DNA of 64,000 bases from Tricharina praecox (GCF_024521635.1 NW_026250407.1:1612001-1676000), one strand, 5' to 3'. Shown: positions 1 through 12,793, counted from the stretch's first letter. Numbers and translations are program-made. The notes: a model not told the origin generated them from the letters alone.

Positions 1-672
1 ACAATAGAAAAATTTGTCAACGTTCAACGACGGCATCGGGTCTGCCCTCCATAACACATAAGTCCCACCAGGTCCCAACAAGGTCGCTCCTCCTGAATAC
101 AAGGTCCCAACAAGGTCTCCTCTCTCTGCTGCTCACCGATGCCTGCAAGCTGCCTCTCCCTTCGCGCCGCTTAGTAGTAGTGGATAGGTAACAGTCTACA
201 CTGGGGCGTTCCTGATAGTGGCGACGGCGGAAATACCGTACTTCCGAAAACAGGCCGCATGCGCGAAAGTAAACGCCACGGGCTGAGATACCTAGTGATT
301 TACCCTTCTGACGTGGTTCGTGTGCAGTGGGAAGGATGTGTCAGTAATTATCATCGAGAGACGCAACCCAAGAGAAGGACACGCGAGCCCAGGTATGCGT
401 GACCAAGCCGGAGGGGTGCAACTTGATCCGGCAGCGGAATGTCAAGATATGGGAGTACGCTTCGCGGCACTAGGGCCTGGGGCCTAGGTTCTGTCGCGGC
501 GGTAGGTGGGGGAGAATTGTGTGAGCGTTATTCTTACATAATTTATTCTCATGGTGGAACTGCACTGCGATTTATGTATCTTTGTGCGAGTTACAAACTG
601 TAATTGCCTGTCGTAATCTAATCAACAATCTTATGTATGGATGTGCCATTTGTGACCTAAAAGGCCAACAAC

Positions 673-1092
673 TAGTGTTCTCCATCGTCCGGTCCAGATG
701 GTCAAAATGCCGGACGGTCCAAGCCTGGGACGGACGGGTCGGTCCTCATCCAACGGTGGAGGACGACCGTCCAAGTCACGTGAATATGATTTGGCTGGTT
801 GAAAATTTCTTAGCACCGATATCCTACGCTCCACCGCGTCAGTTAATCCCTCACCGCTCCACAAGCTGTGAGAACTAGCAGTATTCCGACTGAGACGACT
901 AAGGTGCAGCGCCCGGCCGCTTTCACAGCGCTGTATGCACAATTCCTCACTCGGCCACCCAAGGTCCACGCCCGAAATCAGGTTTTTACCTAAGGGTTGG
1001 CGGAGGACCGTCGACGGCCGTCTTGCGCTGTCCGTCTCGTCTGTCCGCTGAACGAACGCTGTCCGTCATCCTAGGCCCAGGATGGGACTCTC
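673..1092. mobile_element. Possible degraded hAT-type MITE
   Basis: Starts tagtgttctccatcgtcc, similar to the family A end cagtgttctacatagacc. GACGG/CCGTC motifs cluster in opposite orientation at the two ends. No clean right TIR or TSD. Confidence 0.35.
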
Positions 1093-1237
1093 ATGCTGAA
1101 CCGCGCAATACGTGTTCCGAACGGTGTAGACCAACCGCATGTACAACCTGATCACGCCGAATTCGGTATATCACCTCGCGTCCGATCCTCCGCTTCCGTT
1201 TCCGCTTTCAATACACACCACGCACTCGCTCGCCACC

Positions 1238-1610
1238 ATGATAATCCTGACCTGCAGGTGCAAATACGTTAACCACCGGTGCGGCGCCGTCCGGCGGCGC
1301 AGAGGCGACTCCTCGTACCCGGACGCCGGCGAAATCATGATTCCCTGTGGGCACTGGATCTCGAGAGTGTGCTGCGCGATATGGGCCAGCAAGGTGCGCG
1401 GGGAACGCTACCCGCAGCCGCCCCGTCCCTGCGGCTGCACCAGTAGAGCGAGCGCGGCAGTCGGCCTTCCTCTGGGACCGCTTCGGATATCTGGTCGATC
1501 GCACCCTGGATAAGCCGACGAGGGAGGCGTTGGCGGACGCAAGGAGGCGGCGTAATGTCCTGCTGTGGAGGCACGATTTGCGGTACTATGGCCTTGCTAG
1601 TGGAGCCTGA
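1238..1610 (+). pseudogene. Small Cys-rich hypothetical gene, apparently frameshifted near 1430-1445
   Basis: MIILTCRCKYVNHRC...PCGHWISRVCC...PCGC reads in one frame and FLWDRFGYLVDRTLDKPTREALADARRRRNVLLW continues in another. A degenerate paralog lies near 200-480. Confidence 0.3.
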
Positions 1611-3227
1611 AGCTGGTATGTAGGTTCTGTCGCGGCGGTAGGCGGGTGAGCACTGACAATTGCGTGGACTTCATTCTTATCTGTTCTTATGCGGGAAACA
1701 AACTGCGATTTCTTGTCCTAATCTAATCAATTATCTTACGTGCGTTGCGTCATAACTTATACCGATTTTTCGCCCGTCCAGACTGTCACTGTGGTTGGGA
1801 GTAGCAACTCCAACGGAGAGGGTCCCGCTACTTTTGCGCCATCGATTGTCCTCCAGCCACACAAAACTTCCAGTTGCTCCATCTGTGTGTATCGTAATGG
1901 ACCTCAATTGAACATGGCAATAGATGCTGTATGTATTGTACACTGCATAGCTCCGGTCATCCCGCCGTCAGTCACAGCAGAAACCCTTACTCTCTGTTCT
2001 GTACTCCTGCGAGGTAGCTTTACGCAAAAACGTCTAGGACTTTCTATACAGTAAAAGTGTTGGACCTTGCGACTTGGGCATAGAAGAAAAAAAGCAAACA
2101 ACCAAAAGAATGTGTCGGTACCATGAATCGAACATGGGTCTGCTCGGCCACAACGAGCTGTACTTACCACTATACTACACCGACTTTAGATTGCAGCGCG
2201 CGAGATTCAATAAGTATACCCCAAATGCTTGGGCTACATCTCCGTGCTGTGAAATCTCGAGGCTTACTTAACTGCAACATCGTGCCCGATGATATCAATT
2301 TCTCAACCAGGTTCAGTAAGTGAAGTAACGTTCACTAAATGTTCACCCTTATCTCACAACTGTACCGAAGACCTTTGTACATAATGAGCACCCGAGCGAA
2401 AAGGGCCATCTACATGATGGACGAGAAACAGAAAGCAACCGCTTGCGCAAGTCACAGAGCGGAACAAATCTGATGGTATTACCTGAATGTTGTCTGTTAC
2501 TACCATGAGTGGAGAACATGTAGGATAGACGGAGGATCTAATAAGATATGAGGACCGGCTGGTCGGATCGGTGAATCCGAATAGTGATGATACATAGCCG
2601 GACTGAGCGAATCGGGTGACACCGAACGTTGTAGGCAGCGGAGGAGAGCTATACCGTAGAGTACTTATGAGATGGCTCTTCGAAGTTGAATACAACCTCT
2701 ACTTCTCCATCATCTATCATCTTCGCCGTTTCCCTTCCAGAGCTACGACGTACTTCAGACACCGCCGGCGGAATATAGTATCATTTCGTATGGAGTCTGA
2801 AGGAGGTAGGTGCTCCTCGTGGGAAACTGCACGTGTGTCGAGAGCTACGTTGGTCAAGAAGCTTACTACTACATACTAGACATGGTTTCGACTTTTGAGC
2901 GCGACCGAAACAGGAGATTTGAGCGAGAGACTGCGGTGCTGTTGCGGTGCTGCTGCAGGAGCTGAGGGCGCGATGGAAGCTCTCCGTACCGGCGAGTCTA
3001 CTGGTTAACGCGGCGACCGTGGAGTTCGTGGAGGGGACAAGGATAGCTACGTCTACGTGTCAAAGACGGACATAGCAGGGCGATGTCGGAGGTTTGACCG
3101 CCCCATTACTATGCACGATTTTTCTTCATGAACGTGGAAAGACGAGGTGTGCTGGATTAGAATCTTTTGTTTTTCGTATGTAAAGCAAACACTAAAAAAC
3201 ATACAGATCCCGCCTCCGAATCAATGA

Positions 3228-3725
3228 TCAATCCCTATTCAGAACCTCGATCACGACCATGTCCTCCTCGGGGAACCACGCGCGAGCGCCGCTCTTCATC
3301 TTCTTGTGGGCTGGGTCCTGCTCGTAGTAGTAGTCGCGGTCTTCGAGACTCGCGAACTTGAGCACGAATCCGTGCGTGAAGCCTTGGTGGTGCTACACGA
3401 GCGACACCTGTCAGTACTGGATGAGATACGGGGAAAGCGGAAGCGGTGACATACGGGAACCTTGACGGGGCTGACGTCGCGACCGCCCTGGACTTCGAGG
3501 ATGTACTGAGAGCCATCCGGCTTGCGGCAGACGTCCTTGGCGGAGTGGAAGTTGGTGATGAGCTATTGTGGATTGATCAGCGTGGGGGGAGAATAGTTGC
3601 GCAGCGATGGGACGGCGACGAACCCTGTTCTCCTCCTCAGTGGTGAAGTGGTCCGAGAGCTTGAAGATCACGACGTGCGTGACGGAGGTGACCGGCTTCT
3701 CGGTGGGGACTTCGACGGGAGCCAT
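3228..3725 (-). CDS. Dabb / stress-responsive A/B barrel domain protein, 3 exons (3725-3624, 3562-3455, 3392-3228), 124 aa
   Basis: Spliced product MAPVEVPTEKPVTSVTHVVIFKLSDHFTTEEENR|LITNFHSAKDVCRKPDGSQYILEVQGGRDVSPVKVP|HHQGFTHGFVLKFASLEDRDYYYEQDPAH... has the Dabb motifs HVVxFK, GFTHGF and DRDYY..DPAH. Introns are GT..AG with ctgat/ctgac branch sites. Confidence 0.92.
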
Positions 3726-6571
3726 TGTGTGGGGTATGTGTGATGGGATGAGAAGACGCTTCGGCTTTGGGTTGGTGGGGTGTAAGTGTGTGTGGTATGT
3801 GCGAAGGAGGACGGCTGAGTGCTCGCTGCTGGGTGCTGGGTGCTCGCTGCTGGGTGCTGGGTGCTGGATGGATGGGAATCGTCAGTTATATATGCTTCTG
3901 GTGCGCACAGCGCGGCTAGTCTGATTGCTGATACATGTGGTTGAGCTAGGGCAGTTGTGTGTGTGTGTGTGAAATCTGAATCAATGCAGAGGAGCGCCCC
4001 GCACAATCCCGGACGGCATACAGGAAGGTACCGGCATCGACATACGCGGCTACCCACGAACGCCCTACATACGATACGAACTGTTGGATACTCCTCTTTG
4101 TGTCCTCTACACATTGACTCCAAGCGACTGTCTTGTGCAGATTTACTCGTGCATAGGATGGAACGCGATGCCACCAATACATCTCACTGGCCACACACCC
4201 ACACACCCATATCCCGACAGAAGTTGAATACCTACACGCGATCAGCTGGTGACACGGACAGACTGCGTCTGGAAGGCGCGGATGCCTATCGTGGCTGCTA
4301 CACTGATTAAATTCATCACACAGGTATCCGCTTATTGGCCGCCATCAAAGCGGGGTCAGCTTCAGCACGTCAGCTGGTGGGGAATAATTATGCTGTTGAT
4401 ATCGGCTCGACCGATCGAGCTGCGTCTCGGGCGCCCGCCCACTGCTGCTAGACTCGTACCGGCGTTTCCGGCATCACGAAGGCACATATCACTTACTTTT
4501 TTTAGCGGAGAGCGGAGTACTAGTATTCATACCTCGGTCTTCCTACATAGACGTTTCAATATCTCCGCAGCTGCGTTCCTCATGTACCGGTATGTACAGT
4601 ACAATCTATCGCCTCGCCTCCCGCCTTTCCCCACATACGTAGAGTAGGTACCACATACGTAGAGTAAGTACCCGATACTGGTATGAAGGATGTGTGGTGG
4701 GACGGCTTTTATGCTTCATGCGCTAATGGTATCCAGGTCTTTAATTGCTTATTCGGCGCCAAGATATGATACCCAGAAGCCTTGCACGGCATTCATGATA
4801 CACCGAGATCCAAGGTGCCTCTCCGCAGCCTTCGCTCTTCCGTGAGGGAACAATTCGAGACGACTCGCAGAAGCCGTAACTTGGTTAACGGCGGCTATTG
4901 GCAATCATTACTTGCAAGTGCTAAAGAATCTGCACGCGGGAGACAAAACTTGCTTGCGCACTGCGCAGTGGTCTCTGGATTCCGCACTTTAGCTAATGTA
5001 CTGCGGCCCGCCCAACGCCCAACGCCTTGGTGAAACCTAAATTCTATTAAGGTCCGCCTTAGCCTAGGATCGCACCGCGGATGCGGGCGTGCGGAGTCCC
5101 GTATCTACATTTCACACCAAAAGGATGTGTGTGGGGGATGCGGGCGGGGGTACATCGTTTCATGCGTGGGGGATGTAGGCACTAGTAGTAGAGAGTGCAG
5201 AATCTTGATTCATCCCCATGCTTCGGTACGTTGATACCTGTATCTTCCTCGCTAATAGAAACGAATCCGCATAGGTATCTATTGTCTACGGTACTCCTTT
5301 CGGCTTTTAATCGTGCTCTCATTCGTTCGCGCATATCCGCGGCAAAGTGCGGAGTGAGAGTGGCGATATGCACTCTGCAGCTTCACTACTAGTAGGCATC
5401 GCTTCTGCTCTGATTCGACGGCTCCAGCGCCATCCACTACCACAGATGTCTTTGTTGGCTGGGTGCTCCGTCCGGTGGCTTTGGGCGGCAAAGAATTCCG
5501 GCTGCCAATGCCGCCATGCCTTGTCGGCTACGGCGATACGCACTGCCGACGAGCACACGGAAAAAGGAATGAGTGGTCAGATGCGCTGCGCAGTGCATCG
5601 TGAGTCCCGCGCTACCTATAACCTCTCCGGAATCGCGCCACCATATATATACCTAGGTATCCGTGCGCTACCAAGACTCTAAGAGCTGATGCATTATACT
5701 AGGTAGGCTACAGTTTCAACTCCTGCGTCGCGACCGCCACATGCGGAGGCGCAGGAAACGAACGCCGGGAAGGCGCGACTGTCGAATCCTTTCAACAGGA
5801 AATCCGCTGCCGCAAAGGCCTAGATTTCGAGAGCCAGCATCCAGCCTGCGCAGCAACGTCGTATGGGAGTGCACACGATCGGCGACTACCAGTCTACCAC
5901 CGCAGCCACTACCGCGGGCTCCACCGGGGACCCAATCCAAGGACCGAGTATCAGAGACTCACATTTACCGCAGCCTGCAGAGGGTTCGAGGTATTTGAAC
6001 AATGCACATTGTCCTTCTGCGGCCGCGACGGACCGGATCCTCCGTCTTGGGGAATGCCCATGACAACCCCTAAGGCCACATTCGTACGCTCGCCCTCGCC
6101 TCCCCGAACACCTTGCTTCCTCCACGCCGCCCTGCCTCCGCAACACGATCGATGTGTAGTAACCTCGCGCTATGCGCTGCTCGGAAAATCGGATAATCGG
6201 AGGGAGTACATTATACGTCCTTGTTCTGCAGCCTGCAGGCCGTTGGCGGTGGTCTGGCGGCGTTCGCGGTGGTCTGGCCGGTGGTCTGGCCGGTTGTCTG
6301 GTGGGTGTGGATGTGTCGGTAAAGCTCGGAATAGGGCGTATACACATAGCGTCTCTGACCATACCTCTGTGTGACTGCCTGGCCGTATCCGTTGCCGGTT
6401 TGGAAGTTGAAACCCGTCGGTGGTCGAAACTCGAGATAGTTACTCAGTTGCATGGTGTAGTGCTGGTGTGGTGTGGTGGGGCGCTCGGTGGCCAGGTCTC
6501 GGTGGAGGGCGTGAAGCTTTCCCCGTCCGAACTCCGGGGGCTGGGCACATCCTTTCGCTAAACAGCTTTCA

Positions 6572-6943
6572 CGTCGATGGTACTGTCAAATCGTTGACAT
6601 CTATTGCGCAAGTCACGTCGTAGCGAGTGATAGCATGTGCCTTCCTGGTTGCGGCAGGGTGATGGTGGCTGGGTATATAGTTAGAGGACCGAAGTACTTC
6701 ACAGTTAAGCGAAAACGAATTAGGTGTTTCCTCATCGCAAATACTCCCATTTTTCACAGGCGTGATACTTACCCCGTCCTCATTTCCGAAATCACAGCTT
6801 CATCTCGCTGGATAGCTACTGCGTCGATACTACGCTGTCGAATCTTTGACATCTATTGCGCAAGTCAAGCGGGAGCGAGTGATATCATGTGCTCAGCCGT
6901 AACTTCATAGTTGTTGCGGCATAGTGATGCTAGCCGGGTATAT
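6572..6943 (+). repeat. Direct repeat of about 105 bp (6572-6678 vs 6823-6943)
   Basis: Shared core ttgacatctattgcgcaagtca...agcgagtgata.catgtgc...gttgcggca..gtgatg...gggtatat. Confidence 0.75.
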
Positions 6944-7253
6944 TCCCTGTCAGAATATTTGACGTCCAGAGATGACGAGAGCCACACGAGGTTTTCGAGC
7001 GCCGGAGATAACTCCAAGGATCCATGTACCTTCCGAGGGGATCAATGCCTAGATACCCTGGTTCGTGAAGCTTGTAAGTATATAGGTTGAGAGATCTCGC
7101 TGCTCATGGTGTTTCTGTACCGAATTGATTGTCTTCTATCTATTACAGTGTTGAAAAACTCTCCACGGAGGCGTGGTAAGCATAGGAGGCCAATGGTCCT
7201 CCTCATCGAATCAACCCCTCACTGTCCATCTCTTGTTGAGCACCCTACCTATC

Positions 7254-7450
7254 CCCAAGAAAAACAGCAAACAGGAAAATCGCATTCAAAATTGTACTGG
7301 TATCCTCCTCTCCATCTCTCAATCGCTTCCATTACCGTCTACTGGCTAAAGATATCCAGCACCAGCCCCAAAGAAAACACAGAAAAAACAGAAAAAACGC
7401 AGTAAAATTGTACTAGTATCCACCACCCCTCCCCGCGCTTCCATTACCGT
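7254..7450 (+). repeat. Tandem duplication, about 110 bp period
   Basis: aaaattgtact(g/a)gtatcc...cgcttccattaccgtc occurs twice, downstream of the 7529-8624 gene. Confidence 0.7.
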
Positions 7451-7528
7451 CCCCTATCTGTAGACATCCCTCGGGTCGAGGCCCACACACATACCCGTAG
7501 GTATGTGTGTGTTGCAAACCTTCGACGC

Positions 7529-8624
7529 TTAGAACATCATTCCTCGCTCGTACAGGTGGCCGGCTCCACCGTCCCCATGACCCTCGTCACCGCCGTTCCC
7601 GTCGGGACGGTACGGCACCCATGGTCCGTGCACGTCCGGATCCCAGCGCATCAAGCCGGCCTCCGGGGACAGCCGGGCAATCTTCTCCTCGATCTGGCGC
7701 GGGTAGTCCTGGCTACTTATTGTCAGCATGTTTCGCTCGGAGAGGGGAAGGGGAAAAAAAAGCTCACCGATAGGCGTAGACCGCTCCAGCCGCAGTCAAG
7801 CTGCCAACAATGAGGAGAAAGATCGGGAGCCAGTATCCCTCGACGCAGAGCCAAACGATCCACGCCATTGGCGGACGGTCGAAGATCCAGCGGAGCGCGC
7901 GCTCGACGACGTTATCGTGCATTGTGTACAGCTCCGTGTTGTCCTTGTCGACCTCGGTATCATCCGGGGGCGGACGGTTTGTCGGGGGCGGACGGTGTGT
8001 CGGCGCAGCGACGGCAACGGGAAGTTCTTGGCGTTCCCAGGCGGGCGGGAAGCGCGCGGCAGGCGGAAGCGCGCTGTCGGAGCGGGGGCGGGGAGAGGCG
8101 TGCATGCGTGTGTGAGTGAGCATGGCGACGAGATGATGTTGACGGGCGATGTCGTTGCTGGTGGGAGGCGCGATGTCGTTGTCGGAAGAGTGGAGGATTT
8201 CGTTGTTGTCGCAGATTTCGTTGTTGATGTCGACGGAGATGTCGTTGTTGGAAGGGATGTCGTTACTGGAATGGAGGGAGGCGGCGGTTGTAGACGGAGC
8301 AATGTTCGGCGGTGGGGTGGAGAAAGGATTTTCGCTGACGTCGTTTCCCACGGATTCTGTCACTGAGCGACAGGAAGGAGGGGGGGTCACAAACGGGTTC
8401 TGCAATGCTGGCAGCGGGTCCAGTGCCGGCGTCGACAGAGGATCGGCCCCGAGGGTGACCGGGATGCGGACATCCCGCCTCGAGTGCGCGGCTGTGACAT
8501 CATTAGGTCCGCTGACAACAGTGCCATGTCGCGAGTTCGAACGAGATTCGTCGAACGAGCGCATTTCGTAGTCATCAAAGCCGCCCACGAGCATCGAAAT
8601 GATGGTACGCTCGGACATATTCAC
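7529..8624 (-). CDS. Hypothetical Pro/Ser-rich protein with a near-C-terminal transmembrane segment, 2 exons (intron 7767 to about 7713)
   Basis: 286-aa ORF ends in hydrophobic AWIVWLCVEGYWLPIFLLIVGSLTAAGAVYAYR. The gtgagc...ctgac...ag intron joins in frame to QDYPRQIEEKIARLSPEAG. Confidence 0.6.
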
Positions 8625-9091
8625 GAGTATTCTGCAGAGGTTGCGGATTTCGATGTAGGTGGATGAGAGAACTGGAGATGAGTATTCAGAGAGTATTGTG
8701 GAGAGGTAACTGACTCGGAGGGAGGTGAAAGCACGAGGGAGGTGAAATGAAGAGGAAGGAAAGAAGTGGGAGGGTTTGTTTTAAGAGCGGGTTTTGTCAC
8801 ACTACTACCCGAATCATTCTTCTATAGATAGCCTCCTGCACCAACATGAACGCAATATGTATCAGACGGGAATGCTTTTCCCTTACGGAAATGAGCAACT
8901 ATATATCTTTCCACAGGCACTTCGTCCGTGCATTTCCGTCGCGATTCAGGTTGAACACCGCCAGCGCGCACGACTGCATGTTTTGCGTCCTCCAAGCGAT
9001 CGACCATGAATCCTAGCTTGTTGATGTGGCTAGTGCTGTGTGGTAAGTGTATTCACTCTACTTCTTGGAGGTTGCTGAATTGCCGTTCTCG

Positions 9092-9640
9092 TCGTTTCCG
9101 ACGGATTCTGCAACCGAGTGACAGGAAGGACGGGGGCGTCATGAAAGGGTTCTGCAACGATGGCAGCGGGTCGAGTACCAGCGTCGACTGCGGATCGGCA
9201 GCGAAGGCGACCGGGATGCGGACGTCCCGCCTCGAGTGCCCGCTTGTGTTGCCTCCGGGTTCTCAGGAGAGCCTCCTCGCTGGCGCTATTGCGGACATAG
9301 GCGCGGATTGTCGCGAGAGGCAGCACATGGTGATTGAGACGACCAAGCGGATTCCTTGGCAGTATCGGCTTCGAGCCTTATCAGTGTGATTGGTTCCTCG
9401 CTGGTGTCGGTATTCACTCCGGTGTCCCTGTGCCGGGGCAGGCATCTCAGCCTGCTGTCGTGGCTACCAGAATCATGGGTCTGATCAAGGCTCTCGGAGC
9501 CCGCGAGGGGGGCGCTGAGGCTCTCCTTGCTCTTGGCTTGAGCTTCGATCCTCACACGGGTCAATCTGACAACGAGGACGATGATGCCCAGTCTAGTCAG
9601 GCGTCCAAAAGTGGTGAGAATGACATGGCAAATGATACCT
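9092..9640 (-). pseudogene. Degenerate tandem paralog of the 7529-8624 gene
   Basis: 9092-9240 aligns with 8341-8488 (HSRRDVRIPVAFAADPQSTLVLDPLPSLQNPFMTPP vs HSRRDVRIPVTLGADPLSTPALDPLPALQNPFVTPP), followed by a frameshift and stops. Confidence 0.55.
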
Positions 9641-9787
9641 AGTCAGTGGTAGATAATGGTTTACCTTTGAGATGGAAACATTTACTGTTGTATATCAGCC
9701 GGCATGGTTGGATACTCTGGACATGTAGCAATTCTTCATCTTAGTCATTGAATTACATCAGCTTCTGCTCTATTTTGGGCAGCGGGC

Positions 9788-10633
9788 TGGTAAAGATGAC
9801 ATCTGGCCTGCGGGCCCGCGGGGGTGGCTGCGATGCCTGCCCCGCCGCAGGGAGTAAATCTCCCGGAGGGTTAGTGAATCTCTTCCATCCTATTCACAAA
9901 TGCAGCCCATGTTCAAGTGCAAGCAATCTTTGCTAACTGAAGACAGAATCGGCCATCGATGTCCGATACGGGTCCTCACCATTTTGGCCTGCGGGCCCCG
10001 GGGGTGGGTCACACATGGCGACCATCTTCTCGACACCCATTCTAGTTCGGATCGCATTGCCTGCTTTAGTCTGCATAAAAACATTTCTCATTAGTGCTTG
10101 TCAGAAAAAGGAAAATAACCATAAAAAACCTACACGCAGTTTCTCCTGTATCGCAGCGGAGGCGATGTTGGCCATGGCATATATTCCGGTTAGTATGTCA
10201 CCATACTTCTCCTTGCTAGTTCCGTTCAGGCCCTCATCCGAAACAGCTGCACACACAGCCTTGTCTTGATCTTCGCACTGGGCATTGAAGGTCCACATCG
10301 ATCAGCAATATTCCTTGGAGCTTTGGTAGAGACACATACACTGAATAGGATGGGAGAGATTCACTAACCATCTGCTGGAAGATTGACTCCCTGGCGGGGC
10401 AGGCATCTCGGCCACCCCTGCAGGCCCGCAAGCCAGAAAGATCAGGATCTGTACCGGGCATCGATGGCCGATTCTGTCTTCAGTTAGCAAAGATTGCTTG
10501 CATTTAAACATCGCCTACACGAGTGAATGGGATGGAAGAGACTCACTGGCCCTCTGGGAGATTTACTCCCTGCGGCGGGGCAAGCATCTCAGCCACGCCC
10601 GCAGGCCCGCAGGCCAGAAGCCATCTGTACCAC
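9788..10633. repeat. Foldback structure: inverted arms made of a tandem unit of about 181 bp around a spacer of about 330 bp
   Basis: 9788-10010 (+) matches the reverse complement of about 10410-10633, including the identical block gcaagcaatctttgctaactgaagacagaatcggccatcgatg. The unit start tggc(c/t)tgcgggcc recurs about 181 bp later in both arms. Confidence 0.85.
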
Positions 10634-12125
10634 ACCTTGGAGCAACCAGCCCCAGCAGATTCATTGGCTGCAGCACCCAAAAAAAACATCCAAATGAAAG
10701 TCTTCGGCTTGGACTGGCGTTGCAATTCATTGCCTCCTTCATTCGCCTTAGACGAAGTGGTGACCGTGCTCAAAGGGGCGGTGGTTCTTAAGCATCACGA
10801 TGTGCATTCGTTTCATATCGCACGTCGACCGAGTAACTTCACCAAACTGTATTCGTTCGTTCCGGAGTAGCGGTGGTGGAATGATGCGACAGGACGAAGG
10901 CACACGGGTGCTGCAAGGCACTCAGGTATGGTGAGGCGCGCTTGATTGGAAGGACCTGTACACAAAGGATATTAGGTTCCTGTGGGGAGCAAATCAGGAG
11001 AAGAATGGATCTTACTTGCGTTCGTGGCAGCGGTTGTCTCGCACTAGCGTGTAGTGTCCTCGCAAGTCTCAGCCGTGCAAGTAGCGGGTAGTGGTATCGG
11101 CTGCCGAGCGTGACTCGGATTCATAGTCGAGTAAATTGTTAGTCGGGTGTGGGCGGAAATAGGCGCCAAATCGTGCAGTTTTTGTTTTATCCATCGGGCG
11201 TGTGATCAGTAAAAGGCGTAGTAAGAGTGGAATATTGGAGAAAACTTTTGTAGGTGCTTTTTTGGCTCCGCCTTTCAAACCCATTGGGCCGCTGGGGAAT
11301 CCCCAATGAACGGGTTCCGAGGACAACTATAGGGGGATCATCCGCCGATTCGACGGCTGTTCAAAACCCTGGGACCTTTTCTAATTGCTGTGCTATCGCC
11401 TTACCTGCCAGAACTCTTCTCCACCGGAATCTGGCGACCCTTCTTCAGGACGCTTGCCTGTCTCCTTTGGTTCATCATACCAAATTCTTTCAGGTGGCAA
11501 CAATGCTACCCCTCACTGCTTCTCACCCAGCGAAGGACACCGCGGCATGCACCTCTTGCACGATCGTATCGATCGAACCATATTATACTTGTCCGGACGC
11601 CGGACGACAGCAATGATGGATTATAAAAAATCTCCGCTTGGGAGCTGTTGTTGTAGCCTAGTGGCTTCGACCATTGGTTGTAAAATTTTGAGCGCTCATC
11701 CCAAACCTCTCCGTACGCATTGAGGCCCTCTTTACTGACAGGAGGACACGCAATGTGGTGTCGATCCGTGAAGTAGCAGAGTTCAGAAGTCCTGACAAGG
11801 TGCAGCCTGTCACAATCCGACCGAAGAGCATCGTACACGAGATCCGCCGGTGTGTAATCCTCTCAGGTAGTCGAAAGAATTTCCTATGTTTTCATCAGGG
11901 GTTTTTTCTCGTAGGACTTAGGAATCGATACACACCCCGCAGAAAAGCACGTTTTGCGGAACCACGGGCGACTCACGCAAATCTGAATCGACTCCAGATC
12001 CATTGCACTGTTGTTCTAGGAAGGCACTGTTGTGCCCAGAACGGCTATGCATCTCAGTGGATTGCGAGCCCGGAAGTATATGACGACGGTTATATGTCCG
12101 GCGAAGGAGTGGTGGATGTTGCGAA

Positions 12126-12652
12126 CAGGGCTGTCAACCGTTCCGTCCCGTTCCGTCCCGTTCCGTCCCGTCCCGGGCAGGCTTTCCAGAGGACTGATCC
12201 ATTCCGTCCGGAGGATAAAATGCCCGGATACCCGCCAGGTACCTATAGGTACATGATAGCACCAGCGTGCTATGCTGACTGCTGGTTTGCGGAGTAATAC
12301 ATAGCGTGATGGCTACCAACAGAATTTTCAGCCTTGAGCAGAATTTTCAGCGTCGTCAAACAATCGAGCTCAGGGGATAGACACTGCTGGAAGTAGGAAC
12401 GGGGATGGTGTGAAAGTTCTATACCATGAGAGACACTGCGAAATGGAGCCGCACAGCCGCACACCTGCGCCACTGTCTGGCGCCACGCTGCTTGCATTGT
12501 CCTACTGTTCCAGTCAATTCCGGGTCCTGTAGGGTATCCGTCCTCATTTCTCTAGCCCGGAAGACTGTAGTCCTTGGTCTCTTCAGCCCGACTGATTCCA
12601 TCCCGGGCCGGGAAACCTCAAAGACGGACGGGACGGACGGTTGACAGCCCTG
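12126..12652 (+). mobile_element. hAT-type MITE family B, copy 1 (complete)
   Basis: TIR cagggctgtcaaccg / cggttgacagccctg. Perfect 8-bp TSD gttgcgaa (12118-12125, 12653-12660). Subterminal ccgtc repeats. Confidence 0.95.
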
Positions 12653-12793
12653 GTTGCGAACGCCGAAAATGCGGCTGGTTGAAAATATTGAGCCCCCATC
12701 GAAAGTAGTACCCAATTGAAGGCACCGTGTTGCCTAGAGTGACTATCGACGTCAGCAGATTCCCAGTTTAGAAGAAAATGACGATGATCATAC

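Larger units (their letters stand above)
435..1741 (+). repeat. Diverged direct duplication (about 435-636 vs 1551-1741) covering the 3' end of a small Cys-rich degenerate gene
   Basis: taggttctgtcgcggcggtagg occurs at 485 and 1621. Shared downstream blocks actgcgattt and taatctaatcaa. Upstream peptides RNVKIWEYASRH* vs RNVLLWRHDLRYY. Confidence 0.7.

Noticed and set aside
5150..5186. Hairpin followed by CTAG|T as a Helitron 3' end
   Set aside because: The stem is weak, the spacing is short, and there is no second copy or Rep/helicase remnant in the window.
9930..9990. ctgaaga in the 181-bp unit as a hammerhead ribozyme core (CUGANGA); HDV-like and tRNA/SINE A-box readings also tried
   Set aside because: No GAAA after a stem II, no consistent HDV P1/P4 pairing, and no proper B box or cloverleaf.
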